Positions 38,675 to 47,375 of a stretch of 62,140 nucleotides of DNA are shown here, in pieces (position 1 is the stretch's first letter; the number at the start of each line of letters is the position of its first letter). The stretch spans positions 1 through 62,140 of the forward strand of contig CAYVTD010000013.1 in NCBI GenBank assembly GCA_964454445.1. Direction: 5' to 3'. The notes under the pieces were generated by a model. The model was not told where the DNA came from. It made no database searches and saw only the letters and a program-made list of their open reading frames with translations. This stretch comes from an uncultured Hyphomicrobiales bacterium. GTDB lineage: Bacteria > Bacteroidota > Ignavibacteria > Kapaibacteriales > UBA2268. The position numbers and the translations under genes are program-made.

Positions 38675-39634
38675 ATGCTTGAAAAAAAAATTCGCGTTTT
38701 GATAGTTGATGATCAAGCATTGGTTCTTGATATTCTAGCAAGGGGATTAGCAAAAGACCCATCAATATTAGTAGTAGGCACAGCGACAGATGGTCAGCTT
38801 GCACTTAATCAGATAGACCGAGTAAATCCGGATGTAATAATTCTCGACCTTGAGATGCCACGTATGAACGGGATACAGTTTTTGCATCATCTTATGCCTG
38901 TAAATCCGATTCCAACAATAGTTTTGAGTGCTTTAACCCAGAATAATTCGAAGGTTACCGTAGATGCTTTCGAGGCGGGTGCTTTCGATTTTCTTGCAAA
39001 ACCAAGCGGTGGAGCACGAGCTTTGTCTGATTTGTTAAATCAATTATGGACAAAAATCAAAATTGCTGCAACTCAAGATAGAAGGCAGCTAAAAAAGAGT
39101 AATCTTGGCAAGTCTTTGCCTTCCAATGCTCTCGACAGAAAGGCAGTAACAAATAAAAGCATTCTTGGAATGGGGGCTTATGAAACATCAAATGACCCTG
39201 GAAAAGATTTGAAAATCTATGCTCTAGGTTCTTGTGTCGGGCTAGCTATGTTTTGTCAAGGAATGCCTGCTGTAAGTCTTGCTCATATAGTCTTGCCTGC
39301 ATCAAAATCGGATACTGACAAAGCCCAAAAACTACCGGGTTATTTTGCTGATACTGCGGTTGATGTTATGGTTATGGGAATGCTGCAAAAAGGTTGTCCA
39401 AAGCAAGCTTTGTATGCCAAAATGGCTGGTGGGGCAAAAACGAACGTCGATATCGGCGATTATTTTGGTATTGGGCAACGCAACGCTGTTGCAGTGAAAG
39501 CAGCATTGATAAAACAGGGGATAAAAGTAGTAGCAAGCGACCTTGGAGGCGAAATATCTAGAACTGTTACTATATCGGCTGGTAAAAGCAATATGAGGCT
39601 TTACCATCCTGACAAGGGAGATTGGGATTTATAG
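38675..39634 (+). CDS. Receiver domain fused to a CheD-like chemoreceptor glutamine deamidase domain
   Basis: N-terminal REC domain VLIVDDQ...ILDLEMPRMNG. The C-terminus has IYALGSCVGLAMF and AHIVLP (CheD Cys/His) and GGAKTN...GQRNAVAVKAAL...DLGGEISRTV, matching CheD. Confidence 0.65.
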   Translation: MLEKKIRVLIVDDQALVLDILARGLAKDPSILVVGTATDGQLALNQIDRVNPDVIILDLEMPRMNGIQFLHHLMPVNPIPTIVLSALTQNNSKVTVDAFEAGAFDFLAKPSGGARALSDLLNQLWTKIKIAATQDRRQLKKSNLGKSLPSNALDRKAVTNKSILGMGAYETSNDPGKDLKIYALGSCVGLAMFCQGMPAVSLAHIVLPASKSDTDKAQKLPGYFADTAVDVMVMGMLQKGCPKQALYAKMAGGAKTNVDIGDYFGIGQRNAVAVKAALIKQGIKVVASDLGGEISRTVTISAGKSNMRLYHPDKGDWDL

Positions 39635-39680
39635 CAATTTTGAGTTTTCTATGATTTATTATTAATCTATATGTTAAATT

Positions 39681-40049
39681 ATGAGTGAGTTATTAGAAGG
39701 GCAGATTATGGCACCCGAAGATATTAAACGCTTGGCAAAAGCAATTTTTTTAGAAATGGATGCTATGTATTCAGCGGACATTGCTCCCAAGTGGGAAAGA
39801 GGATCTATCTTTTTCATTCCTGAGGATTCTACACAAAAAGACCACGAGATACCCATACAAAAGATTTTGCACAAGATAGTGATGATGCGCGACAATTTGC
39901 GAATGCTCGAAATGCAGATTAACAGCAACGACAAGCTGACAGAAGGAGAAAAAGTGAAGTTTCAGGGCTATATCTCTCGATGCTATGGTTCGATGACTTC
40001 TTTTAATTTCCTGTTTAGGAACCCTGAAGACAAGTTTGCTTCGAAATGA
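39681..40049 (+). CDS. Hypothetical small protein
   Basis: 122-codon ORF with no recognisable motif. Coding status is supported only by length and position. Confidence 0.35.
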   Translation: MSELLEGQIMAPEDIKRLAKAIFLEMDAMYSADIAPKWERGSIFFIPEDSTQKDHEIPIQKILHKIVMMRDNLRMLEMQINSNDKLTEGEKVKFQGYISRCYGSMTSFNFLFRNPEDKFASK

Positions 40050-40268
40050 TTTAATTTATAGCTTGTTTTATTTGATTCTTTTTGTTTGTTACATAGAAAC
40101 TACTTGTGGTTATCCATTGCCAATCTAAAAAAGACTCAGATTTTTTTTAACGCTAATCCCTTAATTTTTCATATTATTATTTATTGCTTGCTTATCTACA
40201 AAAAAAGTATTATTTTGAAATGGCACAGATGTTGCTATTTTCTTTGCGAACAAAACTAAGGTATAATT

Positions 40269-41231
40269 TTGATAAAAAAATTTATGTCTGCAAAAAGCGA
40301 TTACACAATCATTGGCATTGACGGCGGAGGCACAAAAACTCGTGGAATTATATATAAAAACAAAAAAATAATAGCAAAATCAAACGCAGGAACCACCCGC
40401 ATTGGAGCTGTGGGAGTAGGCGAATCTTGTGAGCGGCTTTTAAATGTAATCGGTGATCTATGCGAAAAGGCAAATATAGATTCCGAAGAAATCGATGTTG
40501 TTGTCATTGGACAGGCAGGTGTCTGGCTCGATGAAGAGAAAAAGCGTTCTACACAACTTTTGAAAACATTGGCACGTTCTCAGAAAATGACTTTAAACGA
40601 CCTCATTGTTACAAGCGATGCCGAACTTGCCGTTGAAGGAGCTTTCGACGGGAAAAACGGCATTGTGCTTATTGTTGGCACAGGCTCAATTGCCATAGGG
40701 CGCCTGGGCAAAAATAAATATATTCGTTCGGGCGGTTGGGGTATTGAACTCGACGACGAAGGCAGTGGCGCTTGGATTGGCAAGGAAGGGCTGACTGCTG
40801 CAGTGCGAGGCATCGATGGTAGAGACATTCATACTGCTTTTACTGATGCTCTTGCCGAGCTTTTCACCACGATAGACTTAAAGAATCCGAGGACTATTGT
40901 CAAAGCTTATGCTGAAAGAAATTTTGAATACCAAATGCTAACGCCCACGGTGATGAAGTGTGCCGAAGATGGCGACAAAAAATGCCTTGATATTATCGAC
41001 AGGGCTGCTTTTCATCTAACTGAACTGCTCGAAGCACTCCTTAAACAATTTTCTATTCAGCAAGTGCCGGTTGCACTTATGGGAGGCATAATCGAAGCAG
41101 ACACTTTGCTTGCAAGAATGCTTATCGAAAGGGTGAAAAGCCATCCAAGGATAAAATACACTCAACCAAAAGGGAATGCAATCGAAGGAGCAATTAGAAT
41201 GGGTGAGGCACTTTTAGAAATAGTTGAATAG
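40269..41231 (+). CDS. BadF/BadG/BcrA/BcrD-type ATPase (N-acetylglucosamine kinase-like, ASKHA fold)
   Basis: IIGIDGGGTKTRG phosphate-1 motif, IVGTGSIAIG and the GGI region typical of this family. Confidence 0.7.
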   Translation: MIKKFMSAKSDYTIIGIDGGGTKTRGIIYKNKKIIAKSNAGTTRIGAVGVGESCERLLNVIGDLCEKANIDSEEIDVVVIGQAGVWLDEEKKRSTQLLKTLARSQKMTLNDLIVTSDAELAVEGAFDGKNGIVLIVGTGSIAIGRLGKNKYIRSGGWGIELDDEGSGAWIGKEGLTAAVRGIDGRDIHTAFTDALAELFTTIDLKNPRTIVKAYAERNFEYQMLTPTVMKCAEDGDKKCLDIIDRAAFHLTELLEALLKQFSIQQVPVALMGGIIEADTLLARMLIERVKSHPRIKYTQPKGNAIEGAIRMGEALLEIVE

Positions 41232-41276
41232 GTTGAATTTGAATAAGAATCTTTTAAGGCGAGCAAACAATAATTA

Positions 41277-42776
41277 TTAATCATATATAAAATACTCGCT
41301 TTTTTTACCCCGTTTATCTACAGCTCTTGCTCGAAATCGAAAGGGTTGATCATCTTTCAAAGGAGTTAACATAAAAAACTGCTTATTACTATTACGTTTT
41401 AAGTTATCAGATTGAATATTTGGGAAATACTCCTGCCATTTTGCATTACCGATTATTTCAATATCAGTTACTAAATTCTTTTCACCTCTGTATAATCCTT
41501 GCGAAACAATTTCAAACGTGATTAACCGAGCGCTTTTTTCATTGAAATTAGCAATCGAGGGAGGTGGCAAGGGCATAATTTTTATGGGATAAGTCTGCCC
41601 GATCTTTTTTCCATTAACATATCTTTCTATGGACACGGTTTTGTCGATAAGATCAGTATTGGGCGTATATTCGAAAGTCGAACCTTGCCGACTTGTAAGG
41701 ATTATATTGTTGTCCACAGTAAGCACAACTTTTACATCTTGTCCGGGTAAAGAGGGGAGCTTTGGATCGATGGTATAAGTGTTGTCAGGATACATTTCTG
41801 CGTCGTAATCTGGCTTGAAAAGAGGTTCTGGGATTATGCTAAAGTCAGTCATTACTTCCCGTTTATCATATTTTCTCGTAAGTTTAAGCTTGACGTTTGT
41901 TCTACCTGATGATGGGGTAGTGCCACTAAGTTTTATTTCATTGGCTGTAATGCCAGAAATATAGGCATTCCCGGCACCTGAAACGGCTAATTCGGGCAAT
42001 TCGGCAAGGTCTTTCTGCGGGTTTAGTCCAATGACAATTATTCGGTTTTCCCATTGTTGATTGGCAATGCTTCTCAAGGGTGAATGGACTGTATAAAGCG
42101 ACATATCCCCAGTATAAAATTCAGAATTAGTTCTTAAGTCTGCTTTTGTGGAATTAGCTTTCGCAGAATCGGCGGCCAAATCGACATTGTCGGAAGGCAA
42201 ATAAATAACATTACCTGGTCGATTAACATAAACAGCGAGACGAAATTGAGCCTTCTTGACTATTGTCGGCAGAGTCGAGCTACCGGTTTTTTCTAGCAAG
42301 CTGTCCGACAAGTTGGTAGGATTAGCCCTTGCTGTAACGTTTACGATGTAGTTTTTATTCCTTCTTTCGTAAATGGGAGGTTTCCAATAGAACTTAACGA
42401 GATTGTTATCTAAGTTATGAGTTATATTGAAATCGCTCGATTCATAATCTTTGTCTGTTTCAAGCATTATACTGTTGTTAGTTTCCTCGTCGGTTATTGT
42501 AAAGAGCATCTTTACATTTTTGACTGCGCCAGAATAATGAATTGTGTTTTCGGCATCAAATTCAGAGATCCTTACACCCGAAGAATCGATATATAGGCGA
42601 CAGCTCAGGGAGGGTTTAACAGGATTAATAATAAAGCCGGCACTAGTTTCGTCGAAAGCATCTTTATTGCCTTTTTTGTCATTATGCAAATCAGGCAATA
42701 TTAGAATCAAGGCAGCCAAATAGAGGATAAAATAAACCTCTACCGGACCGCGTTTTTTTATTAATGTCCTGCTCAT
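41277..42776 (-). CDS. Inner-membrane-anchored periplasmic protein with GldM/PorM-like N-terminal TM motif (paralog of 15239..17731; tentative)
   Basis: MSRTLIKKRGPVEVYFILYLAALILIL shares the VYF(V/I)LYLA core with the 830-aa protein. One TM helix is followed by about 470 aa of beta-rich (Ig-like?) periplasmic sequence. Encoded 54 bp downstream of the GldL-like gene. Confidence 0.4.
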   Translation of the reverse strand: MSRTLIKKRGPVEVYFILYLAALILILPDLHNDKKGNKDAFDETSAGFIINPVKPSLSCRLYIDSSGVRISEFDAENTIHYSGAVKNVKMLFTITDEETNNSIMLETDKDYESSDFNITHNLDNNLVKFYWKPPIYERRNKNYIVNVTARANPTNLSDSLLEKTGSSTLPTIVKKAQFRLAVYVNRPGNVIYLPSDNVDLAADSAKANSTKADLRTNSEFYTGDMSLYTVHSPLRSIANQQWENRIIVIGLNPQKDLAELPELAVSGAGNAYISGITANEIKLSGTTPSSGRTNVKLKLTRKYDKREVMTDFSIIPEPLFKPDYDAEMYPDNTYTIDPKLPSLPGQDVKVVLTVDNNIILTSRQGSTFEYTPNTDLIDKTVSIERYVNGKKIGQTYPIKIMPLPPPSIANFNEKSARLITFEIVSQGLYRGEKNLVTDIEIIGNAKWQEYFPNIQSDNLKRNSNKQFFMLTPLKDDQPFRFRARAVDKRGKKSEYFIYD

Positions 42777-42830
42777 CGTTAATAGATTTTTACATAAAAA
42801 TCAATATTTCTATGAAATAAAGTGCATCAA

Positions 42831-43613
42831 TCACTCGATTTTACTCGAGATTAGTTTTTCAAGCTCTTGTTTTACAGCTAATTGGATTTCTTCGCGTTTT
42901 ATTTTTTCAGCAGCTTTGTTCAATTCGTTTACAGTATGATTTAATTGTGAAAGCGCCTCGTTAGTTAATTTCATTGTTTCGAGCATCTCGGGATTGGGCG
43001 ACACAGCGTCGGAGGCAGATTTGGCAATAAGTTGCAAAGCATCATTAGTTCGGCTCTGGGTAGAGGCAATGATGCTGAAATTTTCGTTGATACGCTCAAT
43101 CTGAATTATTGCTCCGGCAAGGTCTTTTGCAATTTCACCAATCTCGAGCAAAAGCTCGGCGGCATTTTCGCGTTCATTGTCCTTGTCTTTATCTGAAAAA
43201 TCGTCTTTTGGTGTGAAAAACATCACAACAAACATAAAAAACAGCAAGCAGGATTCGAGTGCCAAAGCGGCGATTATTGCTGTGTCGCTGATACTATTGC
43301 TAAATCTTCTGACACCTATTAATAATAGCAAGATTGATGCACCGAAATAAACGAATGAGTTAATGGAAGAGAAATAAAACCGATTTAGGATTTCTTCCAT
43401 CCACAAACCGGTGCCTCGAAAAAAGCCTAATGGATGCAGTACGCTGACATTTCTATTAAGATAAGGGCTCAGATCTCTTTCGTGAACGCTAATTTTCCAG
43501 CATTGGATCAAAGTGCTGAAGGCACTGTATTGCCTGCTGTAACGGAGCTCCTTGAAAATTTCATTGATAAGCGTCCTGCCTTGCATAGAGGATAAAGTAT
43601 CGATTTTGTCCAT
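42831..43613 (-). CDS. GldL/PorL-like membrane protein (two TM helices plus cytoplasmic coiled-coil domain; tentative)
   Basis: TM1 FVYFGASILLLLIGV and TM2 AIIAALALESCLLFFMFVVMFF contain a membrane-embedded Glu. A helical domain rich in A/E/L/K follows. The ATG at 43613 avoids overlap with the upstream gene (the track start at 43691 overlaps by 64 bp). Confidence 0.4.
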   Translation of the reverse strand: MDKIDTLSSMQGRTLINEIFKELRYSRQYSAFSTLIQCWKISVHERDLSPYLNRNVSVLHPLGFFRGTGLWMEEILNRFYFSSINSFVYFGASILLLLIGVRRFSNSISDTAIIAALALESCLLFFMFVVMFFTPKDDFSDKDKDNERENAAELLLEIGEIAKDLAGAIIQIERINENFSIIASTQSRTNDALQLIAKSASDAVSPNPEMLETMKLTNEALSQLNHTVNELNKAAEKIKREEIQLAVKQELEKLISSKIE

Positions 43614-43627
43614 AAATTTTTCGTTTG

Positions 43628-44707
43628 TTAAGTCTTTGTTTTTAATAAAACGATAAGTCCAAAAATAAAGAATAAAATGTTTGCTAGCCATCCAGTCAGC
43701 ATTTCATCTAATCCGGCAGAAAAGCCAATGGTTTGGCTTATTTTTGTAAAAACCAGATATAGAAAAGAGATAATCATAGCGGCGCCGATTTGAATTGCAA
43801 GACCTCCTTTTTTTCTAACTGAAGCAAAAGGCACTCCGAACAAAATTACAATAAAATTTGCGAATGGAAAGGCATAATTGCCATGATACTCTATTTGCTG
43901 CCTGCGTATATCTTTGCCGCCCATCTTTAATAGCTCTATATACTGTTTAATTTCATCGAAATTCATTTCGCTGGGCGATCGTTTTAACTGAATTATTTTG
44001 TTGTGTGTTATATTAAGAGAAATTTCGAGGGAATCGAACCTGTCCGAGCTTATTTTGCTGTTATTGATGTAGCGAATAATGCCTGAGCGGGCAATCCATT
44101 TATGTTTGTCATCTGACCAAATAAGCCTGTCTGTTTCAATTCTTTGACTTATTCTTGGTTGTTTCTCGGAAGTATAATCTTCAATAGTAACGCGAGTTGC
44201 TGACTTAGTTCTTTCGTCGTAATATTGCATTATTACGTTTCTCAAGGGTTTATCGCGGAAATAAATATTATAAAGCCCCATACCGCTAGAGCTTTTTCCG
44301 AGATATACTCTCTCAAGCTCGATTTTTCGCTCGTTTGCCTTAGGTACTATCCAACCGTTAAAATAAAGTTGGGCAAAACTTAAAACGATGCTGAACAAAA
44401 CAAGAGGTATCATTAGCCGGTAAAGGCTCAAACCTCCTGATTTCATTGCAGTTATTTCGTTCATTGTAGAAAGCTTGCCAATAGTGAACAAAGTAGCAAG
44501 CAACATCGCTACGGGCGTCATAATTGACAATATATATGGGAAAAAATTAATATAATATTCGACTATTTCTAAAATACCCGCATTGTGGTCGATGAAATCG
44601 TCGAGTGTTTCCATCAGATTGACTATTAAAAAGATTAGGCACAGAGCTATTAATGAGAATAATAATGTCGAAATTAATTGTCGTAATATATATCTATCAA
44701 TTAGCAT
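43628..44707 (-). CDS. LptF/LptG-family LPS export permease (YjgP/YjgQ)
   Basis: N-terminal MLIDRYILRQL signature and six TM segments with a large periplasmic beta-jellyroll insert. Only one copy is in the window. Confidence 0.85.
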   Translation of the reverse strand: MLIDRYILRQLISTLLFSLIALCLIFLIVNLMETLDDFIDHNAGILEIVEYYINFFPYILSIMTPVAMLLATLFTIGKLSTMNEITAMKSGGLSLYRLMIPLVLFSIVLSFAQLYFNGWIVPKANERKIELERVYLGKSSSGMGLYNIYFRDKPLRNVIMQYYDERTKSATRVTIEDYTSEKQPRISQRIETDRLIWSDDKHKWIARSGIIRYINNSKISSDRFDSLEISLNITHNKIIQLKRSPSEMNFDEIKQYIELLKMGGKDIRRQQIEYHGNYAFPFANFIVILFGVPFASVRKKGGLAIQIGAAMIISFLYLVFTKISQTIGFSAGLDEMLTGWLANILFFIFGLIVLLKTKT

Positions 44708-44725
44708 TGTTTTGTTGATTGTTAC

Positions 44726-47017
44726 TTATATGCTGATAATTTCAATATTCCAATTAATGACGTTTTTCTCTGTATCTACTTTTATTACCTTGGCATTTTG
44801 CAAATAACCATAAGAATCGGAATAGGGATAATTATCTAAAGTCAAAGTGGCTCCATTTGCGGAAAGCTCGATTATTGAAGTGTTACGCTTTATAACAGCT
44901 TTTTTTTGATTTAATTCTATTTCACATAAAGCTAGTGGGTGTAAATGGAAAGAAACAGTTTTTTTACCTTTCTGCTCGAGGGAGTCTTCTCCGGAGATAT
45001 GATTGAGCTTGAACTCAATCTTTCGTGTATGTGCAACTCCAAAACCGCGATGCTCGCCGACGAAAAAGCTATTTCCTGTTTGCAAATGTCTAGCCTTTGT
45101 CCTGTCTTTTACTATCCAAAACAAATCGTCTTTGTCGCGGCTATTCCACAAGTTTTGCTCTTCATCGTCAAAACCAAGAGTATTGTGCATTTTTACAGAG
45201 CGGAAGAGATTTCGCTTTTCGTGGATAGCAGTGTAAAGATATGTGCCTGGATCAACAAAAATTGCTTTACCACCGCAAGTCAAGCACAAAGACAACTGGT
45301 CGTTGTGCGAATGTCCGCCTTTACCCTTTTGCCCAATACTGCCACACCTGACGTAAGCCCGATAGTAATGACAATCATAAATAAACAAGCCGAAATCTGG
45401 TAATTCAATTGCTTTAGGTTGATTTATGTTTGTGTTTTCTTGAATTTCTTGACGGTCAAAAAGCTTTAAGTCTTTTTTTTGAAGTGAAGTAAGGTAGGAT
45501 TGATTATTAATACTGCTTCCATAAAATAAAGAGATAAACTCTGAAATAGATTGTTTGCCAGTAGTGTTTTTTTTAATAAACTTACCTGCTTCAGTGAATT
45601 TGATATTTTCTTTGAAATTTAAGTAATCTGCAATAGTTTTTTTGTCAGTAAACGAATAAGGAAGTTGAAGCATCAGGAAAAAGCCCCCATCATTGTCGCC
45701 GATTTGAGCTGTTTCTGAGTTTACATCTAAAATGGCTTCAGAAAACTCAATTATTTTTTTAAATTTTGAATAAAAAGTTTCTGACAATAATATTTTTTTT
45801 GTTGCTAAATCAATTTCAAATCTTTGCTTGCTCTTTGGCAGTAATTTCTTTTTTCCTTGCCAGCTTTTTTTGTCATAATGGTCTAATGAAAGGGTTTTTT
45901 CTTCAGGTAAAGCATTAATAATATAAACACACCACATCAGAGTTTCACAAGCAAAAAGGTGGTAGCTCGATGATGCCTCGAAATTGCCGCCATCGTCGAG
46001 GAACTGATATTCTATTTCGTTGTTTAACTCCTGCAGGACAAACGACAAAGTACTTGTGGATTCGCAATTAGTCGGCAGATAAGCAGTAAGGAAGAGCAAT
46101 CCAGCCAAGTTAAGCAAATAATGGTTGCCGCGCATACCGCTGGACCATTCGAGGTTATCAATTATGAATTTTTTATGATCGCGGAGCGAAGCTATGAATA
46201 ATCTCCTGAAAACTTTGTCTTCTGAAAAACCTAATTCGCAAAACAAGTCATAAGCAACTAACCAGTTGATAGCTCTAAGTGATACATCCATAGCGGTCAT
46301 CCATTGCACTCCGAATCGAGGTGGATTAGAAGAAATAAAGCACAATACTTGATTTTTAAATTCTTTATAATAATCCGTCGGGTTGCGGAAGCCCTCAAAG
46401 CCTCTGAGCGAACAAGCAGCGGCATAAGCAAAATAGGGGAGATGCTGCATTCTGCCGAGTTCCCAAGGCACTCTTATATCAGCTCCCAAAAGATGCCCAT
46501 ATTGAATATCTTTGTGCCAAATGCTTTCCTTCCATCGGTAACCTGACTTAAAGTCGAGTTGCCAATCAATAGGCTTGTAATTTGCGTCGATTAGCAAGTA
46601 GATCTCTTGGGATTTTTTGAAATTATTTGATGAAAGGTGGGATTGCAGCCATTTTTTTCTGTCAAAAATGTTTTCTTCAAAACTGTATTTATAGTCCTCT
46701 ATGCCATAAGCTCTCATTCCTGGGTAAACTCTTATCCATCCCGAACCAAATAAATTGAAGTAATGCTCATAAAATAAATCACTTAATTCCTTGATCAAAG
46801 GAGCATTTTCTTTTAAAAACTCGTCTGAAGGGATTGTAACGTAAGAAAAAGGAAAATCCTCTGAAGTTTCTGAAGGTTCTGAATAAGTGGAGGCTCGCAT
46901 ATCTGACATTTTTGCTATGGAGTTGGCATAATTTTTATAAGCCCAAGCCCAAAGTTTCTTAAATGCAATATTTGGCGAAAGCCGTAGCCCCTTTGATATG
47001 AGATTAAGTATCTCCAA
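44726..47017 (-). CDS. Heparinase II/III-family protein (no signal peptide)
   Basis: C-terminal GGHSHNDQLS motif and an alginate-lyase-like (alpha/alpha toroid) N-terminal region. Confidence 0.65.
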   Translation of the reverse strand: MEILNLISKGLRLSPNIAFKKLWAWAYKNYANSIAKMSDMRASTYSEPSETSEDFPFSYVTIPSDEFLKENAPLIKELSDLFYEHYFNLFGSGWIRVYPGMRAYGIEDYKYSFEENIFDRKKWLQSHLSSNNFKKSQEIYLLIDANYKPIDWQLDFKSGYRWKESIWHKDIQYGHLLGADIRVPWELGRMQHLPYFAYAAACSLRGFEGFRNPTDYYKEFKNQVLCFISSNPPRFGVQWMTAMDVSLRAINWLVAYDLFCELGFSEDKVFRRLFIASLRDHKKFIIDNLEWSSGMRGNHYLLNLAGLLFLTAYLPTNCESTSTLSFVLQELNNEIEYQFLDDGGNFEASSSYHLFACETLMWCVYIINALPEEKTLSLDHYDKKSWQGKKKLLPKSKQRFEIDLATKKILLSETFYSKFKKIIEFSEAILDVNSETAQIGDNDGGFFLMLQLPYSFTDKKTIADYLNFKENIKFTEAGKFIKKNTTGKQSISEFISLFYGSSINNQSYLTSLQKKDLKLFDRQEIQENTNINQPKAIELPDFGLFIYDCHYYRAYVRCGSIGQKGKGGHSHNDQLSLCLTCGGKAIFVDPGTYLYTAIHEKRNLFRSVKMHNTLGFDDEEQNLWNSRDKDDLFWIVKDRTKARHLQTGNSFFVGEHRGFGVAHTRKIEFKLNHISGEDSLEQKGKKTVSFHLHPLALCEIELNQKKAVIKRNTSIIELSANGATLTLDNYPYSDSYGYLQNAKVIKVDTEKNVINWNIEIISI

Positions 47018-47168
47018 ACAAAATCATCATTTTTGTTTGACAAATTGTTTATAATAGAAAAACGAATATATTGAAAATTTTGAACATAATTAAAATTTAT
47101 TTCACTTTGATTAGTCTAATAATTATTATAGTTGTATTTAATATTTTTTTTATTTTTTAGGAATTGAA

Positions 47169-47366
47169 ATGAGTTTGGAAAAATCAAAATCGACTAAATA
47201 TGACGATTACGAAGTGCTTATCAGAAGACGTGGCGAAAGCGAATATGCCTCATATTGTCCCCAGCTTAATTTTATGATTAAAGGCACTGAGCACGAAGAA
47301 GTTGCCGATAAAATGAAAGCTTACATCGAAAATTATATCGAAGAAATAAAGGTAATGCAGAATTAA
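47169..47366 (+). CDS. HicB-like / UPF0150-family small protein (antitoxin-like fold), apparently orphan
   Basis: YASYCPQLNFMIKGTEHEEVADKMKAYIENYIEE resembles the HicB N-terminal RNase-H-like fold. No HicA-like ORF is adjacent. Confidence 0.45.
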   Translation: MSLEKSKSTKYDDYEVLIRRRGESEYASYCPQLNFMIKGTEHEEVADKMKAYIENYIEEIKVMQN

Positions 47367-47375
47367 AACAATATA

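Noticed and set aside
42831-43691. Reading the two-TM/coiled-coil protein as an MCP-like or SNARE-like signalling protein rather than GldL-like
   Set aside because: It has no HAMP or methyl-accepting signature. It has exactly two TM helices with a TM2 glutamate. It is immediately upstream of a single-TM, periplasm-facing protein whose TM resembles GldM. The GldL-like interpretation fits better, but remains unproven.
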